64,000 nt of DNA from Octopus sinensis (lineage: Eukaryota): positions 127,038,001 to 127,102,000 of the forward strand of contig NC_043001.1 in NCBI RefSeq assembly GCF_006345805.1. Direction: 5' to 3'. Of the stretch, positions 41,335 to 55,685 are shown piece by piece (position 1 is the stretch's first letter; each line of letters begins with the position of its first letter). Position numbers and translations under genes: made by a program. Under the pieces are notes generated by a model. That model was given only the letters and a program-made list of their open reading frames with translations. It was not told the DNA's origin and ran no database searches.

Positions 41335-42120
41335 AGAGACCGGAGAATGGGAATTTTACCAGAACTGACAGTACCTTGGGAAGAGAACATCGGCAATGCA
41401 GAGGAACGAAAGGAGAAGAGGTATGAAAAGCTAATCGAAGAATGCAGAGAACAGGGATGGAATGTCGAATGTTATCACCTGGCAGTGGGGGCTAGAGGCT
41501 TCATTGAAAAGAAAATGACAACGCTTTTCAAAAGAAGATTTGTTTTTTCTAGCCCCGAGCTGCGCAAACTAATAAGGAGAGTACAGGAGGCGGTCGAAAA
41601 AGCCAGCTTCTATAGATGGCTGAAGCGGGAAGACCGAAAATGGCTTGAAAGTCATAAACGCGCCGACGGAAATAACATCATTAGGTGAGACAAGCTGACT
41701 GACAGGTGAATGTCGTTTAGAAAAAGCGCGGGCTAAAACTACGCGCCTTCACTAGTCAGTTAAGGTAAGACAGTGTCACATGACAACTTGCTGGGGCTGC
41801 CTGCTGGAGCCTATTCGGCAGGTATTTAAAGGGAAAAATTTGACAAGACAGTCAGTCACCGGCTGACACTCGCTGACAATACATCGAAGAGGCCAGGGAA
41901 CAAAAGAAAGAAGAAGAAAGAAGACATGCACCCAACACCAGAGCTGAAAACACCTCCGAAAGGTGGGAGGGGCGCCACGTCAAAACGGTAGAGGAGTAGG
42001 GGCCGAAACCGGACGTGGTTCCTCCTGATGATGTCTTGAGCTAACTGGATCCTATAAAGGAGCTGTTGTGGTAGCAGACCACGAAACACGGTTGTAATTC
42101 CCCTCAGTGAATAAACTTTC
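41335..42120 (+). mobile_element. REL-endonuclease non-LTR retrotransposon 3' end (Hero/NeSL-like) and 3' UTR
   Basis: ELTVPWEENI..AEERKEKRYEKL..C..QGW....AVGARGF. Confidence 0.8.
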
Positions 42121-42718
42121 TCCGTTACACCTATGGCTTCTATAATTTCCATCACGCTCTTACTACTACAGCATCTAGTGTTACACCTGCTACTGCTGCT
42201 GCTACTGCTGCTTCTACTGGTGAGTCTGATAAAACCATTACTATTGCTTCAACAATATTACTGCCGACTTCTTCCACTACTACGAACCAATCCTTAATAT
42301 CAACATTGCCAGCAAGGAACAAGAAACAACCCCCGCGGCTAAAACTGTTAATATTACTGTTATGAGTCATCGGCCATCAGAAGGAGTCCAACAACCACTA
42401 TCATGTAAATATTGTAATAAAAACATGTAAATGTTCAAAACTGCTAGCATGAAACATTAATTTAAATTCTGTTTATTTTCCTTTTCCTTGTTGCATGACT
42501 AAATTGCATTAAATAATTGAAACCAGTTACGTATTTTGATCGAAAGGTAAATATTTTCCTTCCTTTATTCATGGTAAATTTCTTGGAGAATTTTCTCTTT
42601 TTTTTTGCTTTTATATATGCGCATATTCTAGAAGGTATATACACATACTTTTATGCCAATGTGTATACAAACACACACACATGTATTTGATACATGCATA
42701 TATATATATATACATACA

Positions 42719-42751
<33 letters not shown>

Positions 42752-43590
42752 TCATACGTACGTACGTACATACATACAAGTATGCATATATATGTGTGTG
42801 TGTATGTGTATTAATCCTGCCAACCTTAAGCCTCTGTTCCTCTGTCCATCTATCAATCCATCCGTATATACATACATGCATATACATACATATATACATT
42901 CATGCATACATCCATCCATCCATGCATACACATATGGCGTCACACATCATTCCATTTCATAAATCTGTCTACATATGCATGCATCTGTATATAATATAAT
43001 TCTCTTGCTCGAGTCATAAACCGAAAGAAAAATAGGAGTAATATAGAACAGGTATACTTAACTAAAACTAGAAGCATATATACAACAAAAGCAATCGTTA
43101 ACAGTTGATAAGAGATTATCTTTACGCCATTATAAGACTATGTTACCATGGGACATAAACTTAAGGAAAAAATAACAGAAAATGACACGTCTTAATCAGA
43201 ACTTACTCTCTGTATACTCCCTGTACGTGACAGAAGCATCAATGTTGTACCTATCTACAGATGCATTTTAGTTGAGGTTCTAGCATCATTTAAATTATAT
43301 ATTTATCTTCTATTGCTTATATCTGTTGCTCTTTGCATTTTACTTTTACCTTCTCTTTGTGTATCTGATCTTGCTTTCCAACTTACATATTCTCTATATT
43401 TATCTTTTTACCCACTTTTTCTCTCTTTCTCTTTTCTCTCTTTTCTTCCCCCCCCTCTCTCTCTCCCTTTCTGTCTATCTCTCAGTATAAACACACTCGT
43501 TCACACGGGCGTACATATGCGTTCACGCACACACAGACACATATCGCAATCTTCCTACATAGCTATCATTCTATAGGCACATATACGAAT

Positions 43591-43621
<31 letters not shown>

Positions 43622-43624
43622 GAC

Positions 43625-43684
<60 letters not shown>

Positions 43685-44479
43685 TGATTGATTGATTGAT
43701 ATATTGATAGATGTGTAGATAGATAGATAGGTAGGTAGGTAGGTAGGTAGGTAGGTAGGTAAGTATGTAGGTAGGTAGGTAGGTAGGTAGGTAGGTAGGT
43801 ACGTACGTACGTACGTACGTACGTAGGTACGTAGGTAGATAGGTAGGTACGTAGGTAGGTACGTAGGTAGGTAGGTAAATTGGTGGATGGGTGGGTAGTT
43901 ATTCCAGGAACCTATTCTGCTTTTAACTTCAATCTTCCACATTCTTTGACCGTAGCCTTTCCATCCTTTCATACACGTATTCATATTTGTATCTCTGACA
44001 TTCTTTTATCTTCTGTCTTTATTCCACTCAACAATCAACACACGACCATTCACATACACATATACACACTTACGCACGCGCCTACACATAGACACTTATT
44101 CTCACTTACATGAGTTGACATGCGCACACAAGCAGACACGATTACAGTAACACACGAACGCAGCGACACACAAGCACAAACTTGTTAGCAATCAAACACG
44201 GAATCTTTTCGTTTTACTCCATATTTCAGTCTCCTCATGAGGAGGTATTTTTCTGATCCCTCACAATCTTTGTCCTCTTCACTTTCTCTCCCTCCCTTTC
44301 TCTCTCGCTCGCTCTCACTCTATCTATCTATCTACTTACCCCTCCTGTACTCATTATCTCTTTATGCTTCCTCATTATCATAGTGGCATATATTAAGACT
44401 TGATAAATGAATCGACCAATCGACCAAGCAGTCAAAACAATTCATCGACTCGTCCAACCAAACCATCAGCTAAACAAGT

Positions 44480-45700
44480 AGCTAAACAATCAAATAGTCA
44501 ACGAAACAACCAACCGAACAATCAATCAAACAACCAGCCAAACAACTGAACAACCAATCAAACAACAAGTCAAACAACCAACTAAACAAACAATCAAACA
44601 ACCAGTCAAACAACTTAACAACCCATCAAGCAACCAATCAAGCAAACAATCAAACAACCAGTCAAACAACTGAACAACCCATCAAACAACCAATCAAACA
44701 ACCAGCCAAATAACCAGTCAAACAACCAACTAAACAGCCAATCAAACAAACAATCAAGCAACCAGTCAAACAACTGAACAGCCCATCAAACAACCAATCA
44801 AACAACCAGCCAAATAACCAGTCAAACAACCAACTAAACAACCAATCAAACAAACAATCAAACAACAAGTCAAACAACTGAACAACCCATCAAACAACCA
44901 ATCAAACAACCAGCCAAATAACCAGCCAAACAACCAACTAAACAACCAATCAAACAAACAATCAAACAACCAACTAAATAACCAACCAAATAACCAGTCA
45001 AACAACCAACTAAACAACCAATCAAACAAACAATCAAACAACCAGCCAAATAACCAATCAAACAACAAATCAAACAACCAGCCAAATAACCAGTCAAACA
45101 ACCAACTAAACAACCAATCAAACAACCAGCCAAACAACCAGTCAAACAACCAATCAAACAACCAGCCAAATAACTGAATAACTAATCAAACAATCAATTA
45201 AACAGCCAGCCAAACAACCAATCAAACAACCTGATAATCAACCAGCCAAACAAGTGAACATCCAATAAGACTACCAAATAATAAACGATACTGCCAAGCA
45301 ACTACCGAAATAACTAAGCATCCATACCTACCAATCAAACAAGTAAACAACTAAAAAACAAAACAACTAAACAACCAATCAAACAATCAGTCAAACTGTA
45401 AAATAACTTACTATTCAAACAATTAAACAGACAAGCATGTAACCAGCCAAACAATTCATTAACCAAACAATTAAAATAACCAACCAAACAACTAAACTAG
45501 GAACAAACAACCAAAGCAGAGATACAATCACGGATACAAACAACAAAGACAACCATACAATCACCTAAACAACTAACCAAGCAACGAAAACAAACAACTG
45601 ACCGAACAAGCAACTGACCGAACAAACAACTGACCGAACAAGCAACTGACCGAACAAGCAACTGACCGAACAAGCAACTGACCGAACAACACATTACACT
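44480..45700. repeat. 12-bp-unit minisatellite with a 104-bp higher-order repeat, followed by a 16-bp array
   Basis: aaacaaccaatc variants, with caactgaac recurring at about 44667, 44771 and 44875. (actgaccgaacaagca)n at 45597-45690. Confidence 0.9.
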
Positions 45701-46171
45701 GCAAACAACGAACAATGCTTCAACCAAAAAGACAGACAAATAATCAATCAGATGCCGAAAGAGCAACCATGTCCAGAACCTCTACGCTATTATATTAGAA
45801 AGAGGCAGCATGAGATAATGTGGTGTATTTAGGTTCCTTTTATATAGGAAAAAGTCGAGATGGTCAGGTTTGGGACCTCTTTGGTCATAAGTCTGCATGA
45901 TAAGGACTGACATTGGGTTTAACAACTAAAGTTACACGAATATACTACGAGTTTAAAAGGATGATAATATTAATAATATATGATAGGGTGTCACATATAC
46001 TAATACAGTATAGGTTAATATCTTATAGAACAAATACCCCATTGTAGCAATAGATCCAAGACTCTACCTCATAGAGAAGAACAATTTTCTATTAGAGATT
46101 GTTAGAGAGTTAGCTAAATAGTATATGATAGTTAGCAAGCTCGATAGATAGATCGATAAATAGATAGATAT

Positions 46172-46517
46172 GTTTCTTTATTAGCCACATAGGGTTGCAC
46201 ACAGACGGGACAGATTACAAAGTAGAGCTTTTCTTTGGGGGAGAAAAAAAGTGGGGTAGGTTTTCGATCAAAAGGGATCGTAAAAGGGAAAGAAAAAAGA
46301 AAAAAAAAGAAATGTCATGATGTAAAGTGTAAAAGGGGAAGCAGATAAGGTTTATCCGTTTAAAGAAAAGCCTACGGAAAAGACCACGGTAACCTCGGTC
46401 AATAATGTTACATTTTACCACATTTGTTTGCAAGTAGGTAACCCTCTGTTTTAAATTTTTCCGCGTTTATAGGATTATGCTCAAGGTGCCTTCGTCATTC
46501 ATACGTGCCATCCTTGC

Positions 46518-46518
<1 letters not shown>
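46172..46518 (-). mobile_element. L1/Tx1-like LINE 3' fragment within (GATA)n
   Basis: Homologous to 56349-56785. Confidence 0.75.
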
Positions 46519-46945
<427 letters not shown>

Positions 46946-47186
46946 GGAAGGAGGGAGAGAGAGAGAGAATGACTACTGAGAGGAACTTTATCTGAAAGAT
47001 ATAAAGTTAATTTCGATTTATTTCCCAATTTCCCTTTCTGTAAATGTTAGTCTTAAGTGTATGTGTGTATATACACACACACCACAATATCACACACATA
47101 TAATATATATGTACATATATGTGTGTGTGTGTGTGTCTGCGCGCGCGATTTTATATATAAGTATATATATAAATGTATATATATAT

Positions 47187-47217
<31 letters not shown>

Positions 47218-47257
47218 TATATAGATTGATAGATAGATAAGATAGATAGATAGATAT

Positions 47258-47299
<42 letters not shown>

Positions 47300-47300
47300 G

Positions 47301-47363
<63 letters not shown>

Positions 47364-47565
47364 GGATGGATAGATTCGTCTTTTATGGCTAAACTAATAA
47401 CTTAAGAGTGGGATTATATACTAGATAAACAGTCGAAGTCACAAAATCGGGTGAATATGGGAATTGAACGTAGAGCTAAAGTGGAAACCACATTGACATT
47501 TCAAACAGTTAATCAGAAGAAAATGAACATTTTAGCCAACACACTATCTTATACTTCCTTACTAA

Positions 47566-47602
<37 letters not shown>

Positions 47603-47719
47603 ATTATGTGTATGTGTATGTGTATACAGATAGCTTGCTAGCTAGCTAGATGATACATACATACATACATACAGATACGTGCGTACATGCATAATCACAT
47701 ACATACATACACACGCATA

Positions 47720-47945
47720 CAGTTGCGGCCAAAATGTTCAGAACGGCATTGTTTTCGTCAGAAAAGTAGGTATAAGTTTTTATCAAAGTTGTTTTATATT
47801 CTATAATTTTCACATACAATAAATACAATATTAATTGCTATTGTCTGAGATTTTGGTGCAATTTGAGAGGATAATACAAACGTTATGGATGATTTAGTGA
47901 TTTACTGCAAAAGCCATGGCGGCCAAAATGATCAGAACGGTTGAA
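47720..47945 (+). mobile_element. Tc1-like IR/DR terminal fragment
   Basis: TA|CAGT start, with gcggccaaaatg(t/a)tcagaacgg repeated about 195 bp inside. Confidence 0.55.
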
Positions 47946-48030
47946 AAGATAACTAAATAATCAAAAATGACAGAGAATACTGGAATTATTTACAACACAC
48001 ATACATACATACATACATACATGTATAATA

Positions 48031-48063
<33 letters not shown>

Positions 48064-48489
48064 ATATAATATATATATATTATATTATTATAAGAATAAA
48101 AATTTATATATAAAGAACTTGAAATACACGAAGGGACGAACACGGAAAACAGACAAGTTATTCGAACCTTCAATCTTCAGTCAGAACCGAATCATCATGG
48201 CAAATTTCGGCTGTTTAATTCTGATTTTGCTCCAACTCGGCCAGCCCCAAGGAATAAACTAAGCTGTGGGCATTAGATTTCTTGGTAGAAGGAAAGAATG
48301 TAAACGCAACAGAGACGAATCAATACAAGAAACGAAACAAAATTGAAAACAGTAATGGTTAAAAAACAGGATAACAACGGTGTCTTACGACTTTTAGACA
48401 AAATGAGACAAAAACAACTTATCAGCTGGCGTGGAAACAATTACCTATATATCTCTGTCTTCCCTTCTCTGGATCTTTCCTTCTCCTAT

Positions 48490-48525
48490 GTTTCCGACGA
48501 AGAGCTCCGCTCAAAAAGGTTAAAC
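48490..48525 (+). ncRNA. Degenerate minimal hammerhead
   Basis: guuu-CCGACGA-a-gagc ucc gcuc-(aaaaag)GUU-aaac. The sister copy at 38897-38911 (-) retains cucGAAACGUUaaa. Confidence 0.5.
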
Positions 48526-48685
48526 CCTCCTTCTTTCCTTCTTTCCTGAGCGTCCAATAATACTATATTTGTTCCACGTCCTCGCGTTGTTTTGCTTTGT
48601 TGTGCTTTCATGTTTGGATTAACTATGTATAATATATATATAATACATAATACATATATATATTATATATATATATATATATATA

Positions 48686-48729
<44 letters not shown>

Positions 48730-48845
48730 CTTATATATACCGTAGTAAACACATAAATATGAAACAAAGTTGAAAAAAGAGTACTCAAATACCAGTGGTA
48801 GAGTAATATACTTTATTTAAAAGCAGCATGAAAATTCAACAAAAT

Positions 48846-48883
48846 CTGTTACTCTGAGTTTCTCGTTGCCGTTCATCAGACAG
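48846..48883 (-). ncRNA. Compact type I hammerhead ribozyme
   Basis: cugu-CUGAUGA-a cg gcaa cg a-GAAA-cuc a gag-UA-acag. Confidence 0.8.
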
Positions 48884-49384
48884 TTTTTGTTATATATATA
48901 TATATAGATATAGATATATATATAGATATAGATATATCCGGCTCCGTTTTCAGCAGAGAAAGACGTGATTGCCTTTGCTCTGTGAAAAAGTCTGCATAGA
49001 ACGGCGAAATAACCCACTGTAGTTGCAAAACGTAAAACTCTAAGTCATAGAGATCACTACAACACTTTGGTTAAAAATATTTTTAAAAATATATATATAA
49101 ATATATACACATACACAGTAATTTTCATTTTCGCCGAAACGCACATGGTGCAAAAATAACTGAATCAATTTAATCTCCTGCAAGAAAGAAAAAGAAGACA
49201 CTCTCCTGAAAAAAAATCCCGTAAACCAAAAAAAAAATAATCCAGACCACATTGTTGGATTAAGTATCATTTCATCTATTTCATATTTTATTTATTTTCT
49301 ATTTTATTTTATCTTTCACTTAGGCCCACATCTTAGTTAAAGTTGCGATCGTCTTTGGTTTGTTTACATTTTCAATAACTGTTC

Positions 49385-50570
49385 TCGATATAATAATTTT
49401 CCAGATACTCTATCTTCTAATTAGCCTTAAGATTAATTAAATAACGTTTAATATTGATACCGTCAAATTGCCTTAGGATTAAATAATAACGTTTAATATT
49501 GTTTAATATTGTTAATATTATTGTTAATTAGCCTTAAGATTAAATTAAATAACGTTTAATATTGTTTTAATATTGTTAATAATTTTTCAGATACTCTATC
49601 TTCTAATTAGCCTTAAGATTAAATAAATAACGTTTAATATTAATAACGTCTAATTAGCCTTAGGATTAAATTAAATAACGTTTCATATTGTTAATATTAT
49701 TGTTAATTAGCCTTAGGATTAATTAAATAACGTTTATAATTGTTTAATATTGTTAATAATTACTGTTAATTAGCCTAAGATTAAATTAAATAACGTTTAA
49801 TATTGTTTAATATGTTTAATATTGTTAATTAGCCTTAGGATTAAATTAATAACGTTCAATATTGTTTAATATGTTAATAATTATTGTTAATTAGCCTTAA
49901 GATTAAATAATAACGTTTAATATTGTTTTAATATTGTTAATAATTCTTCAGATACTCTATCTTCTAATTAGCCTTAAATTAAATTAAATAACGTTTAATA
50001 TTACCACACACTCTAATATAATATCATAACATTGCTAATATATTTTCAGATACTCTATCTCCTGATTAGCCTTAAGATTAATAACGTTTTTATCCACACT
50101 CTAATATAATATTAATATTGCTATATATTTTCAGATACTCTATCTTCTAATTAGCCTTAAGATTAAATTAAATAACGTTTAATATTAATAACGTCTAATT
50201 AGCCTTAAGATTAAATTAAATAACGGTTAATATTGCTTAATATTGTATATATAATTTTTCAGATACTCTGTCTTCTAATTAGCCTTAAGATTAAATTAAA
50301 TAACGTTTAATATTACCCACACTCTAATATAATATTATATTGCTAATTATTTTCAGATACTCTATCTCCAAATTAGCCTTAAGATTAAATAACGTTTTTT
50401 TACCCACACTCTAATATAAATTTAATATTGCTAATATATTTTCAGATACTCTATCTCCTAATTAGCCTTAAGATTAAATAACGTTTTTACCCAAATAACG
50501 TTTTTACACAAACTTTAATATGTTATATTTCTTTTTCAAGTACTCTATCTTCTAATTAGCCTTAATATCT
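49385..50570. repeat. AT-rich variable-unit tandem repeat immediately upstream of the LINE ORF1
   Basis: Recurring ttagccttaagattaaattaaataacgtttaatatt, with or without a ttttcagatactctatcttctaa module. Confidence 0.9.
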
Positions 50571-50625
50571 CCTGTCTTCTCTCGAACATAATTAGATAGA
50601 TAAACGGATAGACGGATTATCCAGC

Positions 50626-51537
50626 ATGTCCAGAGGCATGGAGACGTGACGAGCTGGATTTATTCGTACGAGCATGGGAGTGCGCCGGCGAGATAGTCCT
50701 AGCGAGGTGATTGCGGCTGCGCTGAAGAGCAGAGGCTACAAGAGGACAGCGGCTCAGATGGAGCGAAAGAGACAGGATTCGTCGTGCGCTCATATGCGCT
50801 TGTACGGTCGCACATTGGCGCACTTGATGCCATCTTTGAGAACGAGCGGGGCAAAGATGGCAAGAATGGAGACGATGAAAGAAGTCACCCCCACCTGGTG
50901 GACGCCCAGGAGGAGGTTTTGTATGAGAAACCTGCCCGGGAAGTGAACCCAGGTGCAAGTTCTCCAACCGGCAGCAAGGGCCATGGAGACGGAGAACCCG
51001 GTGAAGAGGTAGAGGGAGGAAGAAGAACTAAAAGAAGGACTGGAAGAGCTAAAGGAAAAGAAAAAGCTCAAGCAGGACCAAAGAGAGAAACAACCAGGAG
51101 TAGAAGTGGAACCGCAAAGGATGGAACCAAACAGCGCACACGGGTGTGTATGTTCTATCTGAGAGGTTCCTGCTGGCACGGAAAGGAAGGTGCAGGCTGC
51201 CGCTTTGCACATCGGGGACCCTGCCACAGAGACACGAGGCAGATGGACGAACCATCAACACAAAGAAAAGGGATGGACTACGCACCACTGCCCCAAAGGG
51301 AGGTACGCAGATGTTGTGCGCGCCACAAACAGCCAACATGATGTTGTCGAAAGAGCAGCTGCTGAGCAACAATCTTTTTTGTGCATGGCACAAAAGATTG
51401 TACAGCAGCTGACCTGGCTTCATCAAACCCAAGTCCGCAGGTGGGACTACCCACTATATACCAGACCACCACAGCAAACAGACACAGGATGGACACCGCC
51501 GGCAACAACGTACACCTCACCTCGATACTCCTACTGA
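50626..51537 (+). pseudogene. LINE ORF1 (frameshifted) with a CCCH zinc finger
   Basis: CMFYLRGSCWHGKEGAGCRFAH after a basic low-complexity linker. Confidence 0.65.
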
Positions 51538-54500
51538 ACATCAGAGGACTGCAAACACTCAGTAACAGGTCAAAGATCCCGTTCCTGAGAGACTTGTTGC
51601 ATGCAATCAAGCCATGCATAGCACTTACAGAAACGCACCTGAAACCGGACATAGCAGATGCGGAGTTACACATACCACAGTATGCTGTACTACGGACCGA
51701 CAGGAAAGAAAGGAGTCATGGAGGTGTTGCTATGTACATCCGTGGGACCTCACACCCCAGGTCCTCTTGTCATACTCAAACTCGGTGTGGACACACACTA
51801 ATTGTACATATTAGGCAACTTGATGTAGTTGTGTGTGCTACATATCGCCCTCCAGATGCCCCAAGCCATGTGGGCAAGTTTGAAGACTGCCTTATAAAAA
51901 TAGAAGAAATTCTAACCACATTAGAACAACACATAGGTGTGCTTCTTATGGGAGACTTCAATCTGCCCAATGTCAGATGGCCCGAGGGCCTTTCTCTCCC
52001 AGGAATGACAAGATGTGAACGAGGACAGGCGAGGTCCCTCCTGAACCTCATCAACCCCTGTACATGGAGCAGGTAATACTCCAACCAACCAGGGCAGGTA
52101 ACACACTGGATCTCTGCTTCACAAATGACATGGATCTCATCCATAATGTGAAAGTGACACCGACACTACTCTCGGATCACAACATGATAGAGCTGACCAT
52201 GTACGGGCCAAAAGAGAGCACGGACATGCAGCCTACAAGAAACCCTCAAAATCTTTCCAGCTTGAACTACCATAAGGCAAACTGGAAACAAATTGAGAAA
52301 GAGATCCTCAAACAAAACTGGCCTAAATGTCTCTCCTCGCCAGACATCGACGTGAAACTTCAACAATTCATGTCTGTAATGCAAGCCATATGCTACAAAT
52401 GTGTCCAGAGAGAAAGGCCACTGTACACAAGAACAAAATCCCCAGAGAGAGGAAATTTTAATGAGACGGCGTACGAAATTTTCAAATCGCCTAAACAAAC
52501 AGATTGAAAGCAGTGAAAAATCCCGCCTAAAAATAAAACTGTTGGAAATCGAAAAATGTCTGCAACTCTCCCATGAAAAAGAAAGAGCAGACAAAGAAGC
52601 CTGGGCTATAGAAAACATAAAATCTAACCCCAGAGCTTTCTACAGGTATGCCAAAGAAACAGCTACAGTGCACTGTAGAATAGGGCCACTCCTCGAAAAG
52701 GATGGCACACTTACTGGAAAACAATGAGGGTAAGTGAAATACTGAATGAGCAATTCAAGAGTGTTTTCACTCCACCCCTTGGTCATCTCCAAATCACCAA
52801 TCCAACTGACTTTTTTACCACTGCAGATATAAAATCAGAGGCGGCGACGATAGATTACATCGATATAAAGGAAGACGATGTAACCAAGGCTATAGATGAA
52901 ATGAAAACAGACTCAGCTACTGGCCCCGATGGATTCCCGGCAATCCTCCTAAAAGCATGTAAGAGAGTCCTAGCAAGACCACTGCAGTTCCTCTTTCAGA
53001 GCTTCCTTGCAGCTGGCAAACTTCCAGGAAAACTGAAGGAAGGTAAAATATGCCCCATTCATAAAGGAGGTAGCAGAGCGGAAGCCAAGAACTATAGACC
53101 TATCTCTCTGACCTCACACATCAGCAAGGTCATGGAACGAATAGTCAGAAGGAAGCTGATCACCTTCCTTGAAGAGAATGACTGCTGCCCGACACCCAAC
53201 ATGGTTTCCGACCAGGGAGAAGCTGTTTAACTCAGCTCCTACAACACTATGACTGGGTGCTGAAACGGGCTGTCAACCACTCAAATGTGGAAGTGATATA
53301 TCTCGACTTTGCAAAGGCCTTTGATAAAGTCGATCATGGAATGATATGTCACAAACTGCGTGATCTAACATAGTTGGAAAACTGGGAGAATGGCTTCATG
53401 ACTTTCTGAAGGATAGAAGTCAGGTGGTAGTAGCCAATGGGCCACCTCCATTAACACACAAATAGTGAGCGGTGTTCCGCAGGGCACTGTTCTGGGACCA
53501 CTACTGTTCATAATGGCCCTCTCAGACATGCCCTCAGCCACGCAGAGAGCCACGATCACAAGTTATGCAGATGATACAAAAGTTTCACAGGCAATACAGA
53601 ACCCTGAGGACACTAAACACCTGCAATGTGAGCTGGACGAAATATACAAGTGGGCTGAAAAGAATAGCATGCAGTTCAATGCTGGAAAGTTTCAAGCTTT
53701 ATACTATCAGCATGCAAAACTGATGCAATACCCAATGAATACACTGGACCCGGAGGGATTGCAATCCCAGAGGCACAATCAGTGCGTGACCGGGTATTCA
53801 CATGAGTGATGACGCGACCTTTCATGTACATGTTGCTAAACTGACAATGAAATGTAGACGGCTGGCTGGATGGATTCTTAGAACCTTTAGAACAAGAGAA
53901 CAAGAAACCATGATGGTCCTCTGGAAGACACTTGTCCTAAGCCACTTTGACTATTGCTCTCAGCTATGGTCACCATCCAGTGTCAAGTTGATCACAGAAC
54001 TTGAGGCGATCCAACGAAGCTACACAAAGAAGATAGCCTCTATGCAGAATGTAAGCTACTGGGAAAGACTCAAGAGATTAAAATTATATTCCCTGGAGCG
54101 TAGGCGGGAAAGATATGCAATAATATACATCTGGAAGATCCTGGAGGGAAGTGTCCTGAACTTTGGCATCGAGAGTTACGCAAATGCCAGAACTGACTCC
54201 AAACCTGCCATCAAGATGTAGGACAAGATTCTGTGATAGCCTGGGTTTCCGAGGCCCACAGCTCTTCAATATCCTCCCGAAGAACCTGAGAGACCTGCAT
54301 GGGGTGGATACAGATGTCTTTAAAATGAAGCTGGATCTCTTCCTGTCAGGTGTCCCAGATGAACCAACTTCACGGCAGGAGGGGCAGATGAGGGCAGCTG
54401 CATCGAACTCTCTCATGCACCAAATAGCAGTTGCTAAAAACCTCCATGAAGTGAAACCAAGTAGCAACACCAAATGGCGGTGCCCCAGCATGGCCACAGC
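51489..54500 (+). pseudogene. LINE ORF2 (APE endonuclease and reverse transcriptase), frameshifted
   Basis: Collinear motifs across ORF-track segments 51381-54555. Confidence 0.9.
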
Positions 54501-54738
54501 TCATAAGCTGAAACTAGAATCAATCAATCAATCAATCAATCAATCATATATATAATTTCAGCAAAACAATTAAGATTCAAGTGAATTCCATGAATTCAAA
54601 TGAATATGGTACTTAACTTAGATGCACCAGAATCTTTATGGTATTAACCATAAAATAATGTGGGGTGATTATAACCAAGAAAAAAGCAAAAAATCCATTC
54701 TTGTGCTTTTTTCTTGGTTATATTTATATATGATATAT

Positions 54739-54780
<42 letters not shown>

Positions 54781-54954
54781 TAAGGGTAGAAATTGATATT
54801 ATCAATTACGACAGTGGTCTAGCATGTGTGAGTTTGATCTGAGAACATAATCTTTTGTGCGTGAATGGCGATTTGACGTCTATATCTAGCATGTTGACTG
54901 TCCACTTTTCGTGTTCAGTCCTTAATTGGTATATATATATATATTATAATATTA

Positions 54955-55003
<49 letters not shown>

Positions 55004-55422
55004 TATATACATACATACAGATAAGATAATATATATATATTATATATATATATATATATTATATATATATATATCTATATATATCAGATATATATATATT
55101 ATATATATAATATATATATATTAGCAATATATACATCTCTATCTTCTCTCTGATTCTCACTTATTCAGTGTTTCCTGTCTTCATAATATTCTGTGTTTAA
55201 AATCTTTCTTTCACTTCTTTCTCTCCCTTTCTACAGGCACACATACGCATACGCATTCGCATTCGCACATATATACACATAACACACGCATAGATATATA
55301 TGGTTGCATGACAAACATGCAGACTGACAGACTAAGTGAATAAGAAAAAAACATACAAATAAAAGAGCGGTGCGTATGTAAATATATATTATATTATATA
55401 TATATATATATACATATATATA

Positions 55423-55494
<72 letters not shown>

Positions 55495-55685
55495 CGCATA
55501 TATAAACAATTGTCTGGAGAACCTGATGAAGCGTGTATGACCTCCGTGGTAAGCTGTTCATACACTCTAATGTTCACGACAACATAAAATTGGTTGATAG
55601 GCTCTTCAATGCGTACTCAACCAAGATATACTTACATAAAGTTTTGAATACCAAATATACCAATTTGGCTTGCAGTTTGTGTATA

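Larger units (their letters stand above)
50600..54546 (+). mobile_element. Near full-length CR1-group (CR1/L2/Crack-like) LINE with frameshifts
   Basis: ORF1 has a CCCH finger. ORF2 has APE motifs (NIRGL, TETHL, GGVA, YRPP, GDFN, LDL, SDH) and RT motifs (GPDG, NYRPISL, DFAKAFD, SGVPQGTVLGP, YADD). (ATCA)n tail. Confidence 0.93.

Noticed and set aside
41985-42095. GAAA..GUU..CUGAUGA motifs in the REL element 3' UTR
   Set aside because: Only 4 nt separate the triplet from CUGAUGA, so helix I cannot form in any HHR topology.
44662-45169. LFDW/GCL repeat protein
   Set aside because: Translation of the 12-bp minisatellite.
49385-50570. CRISPR-like array
   Set aside because: The intervening segments are themselves repeats, the context is eukaryotic, and there are no cas genes.
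55510-55576. CUGAUGA followed by a hairpin
   Set aside because: Helices I and II are plausible, but GAAA and helix III are missing.
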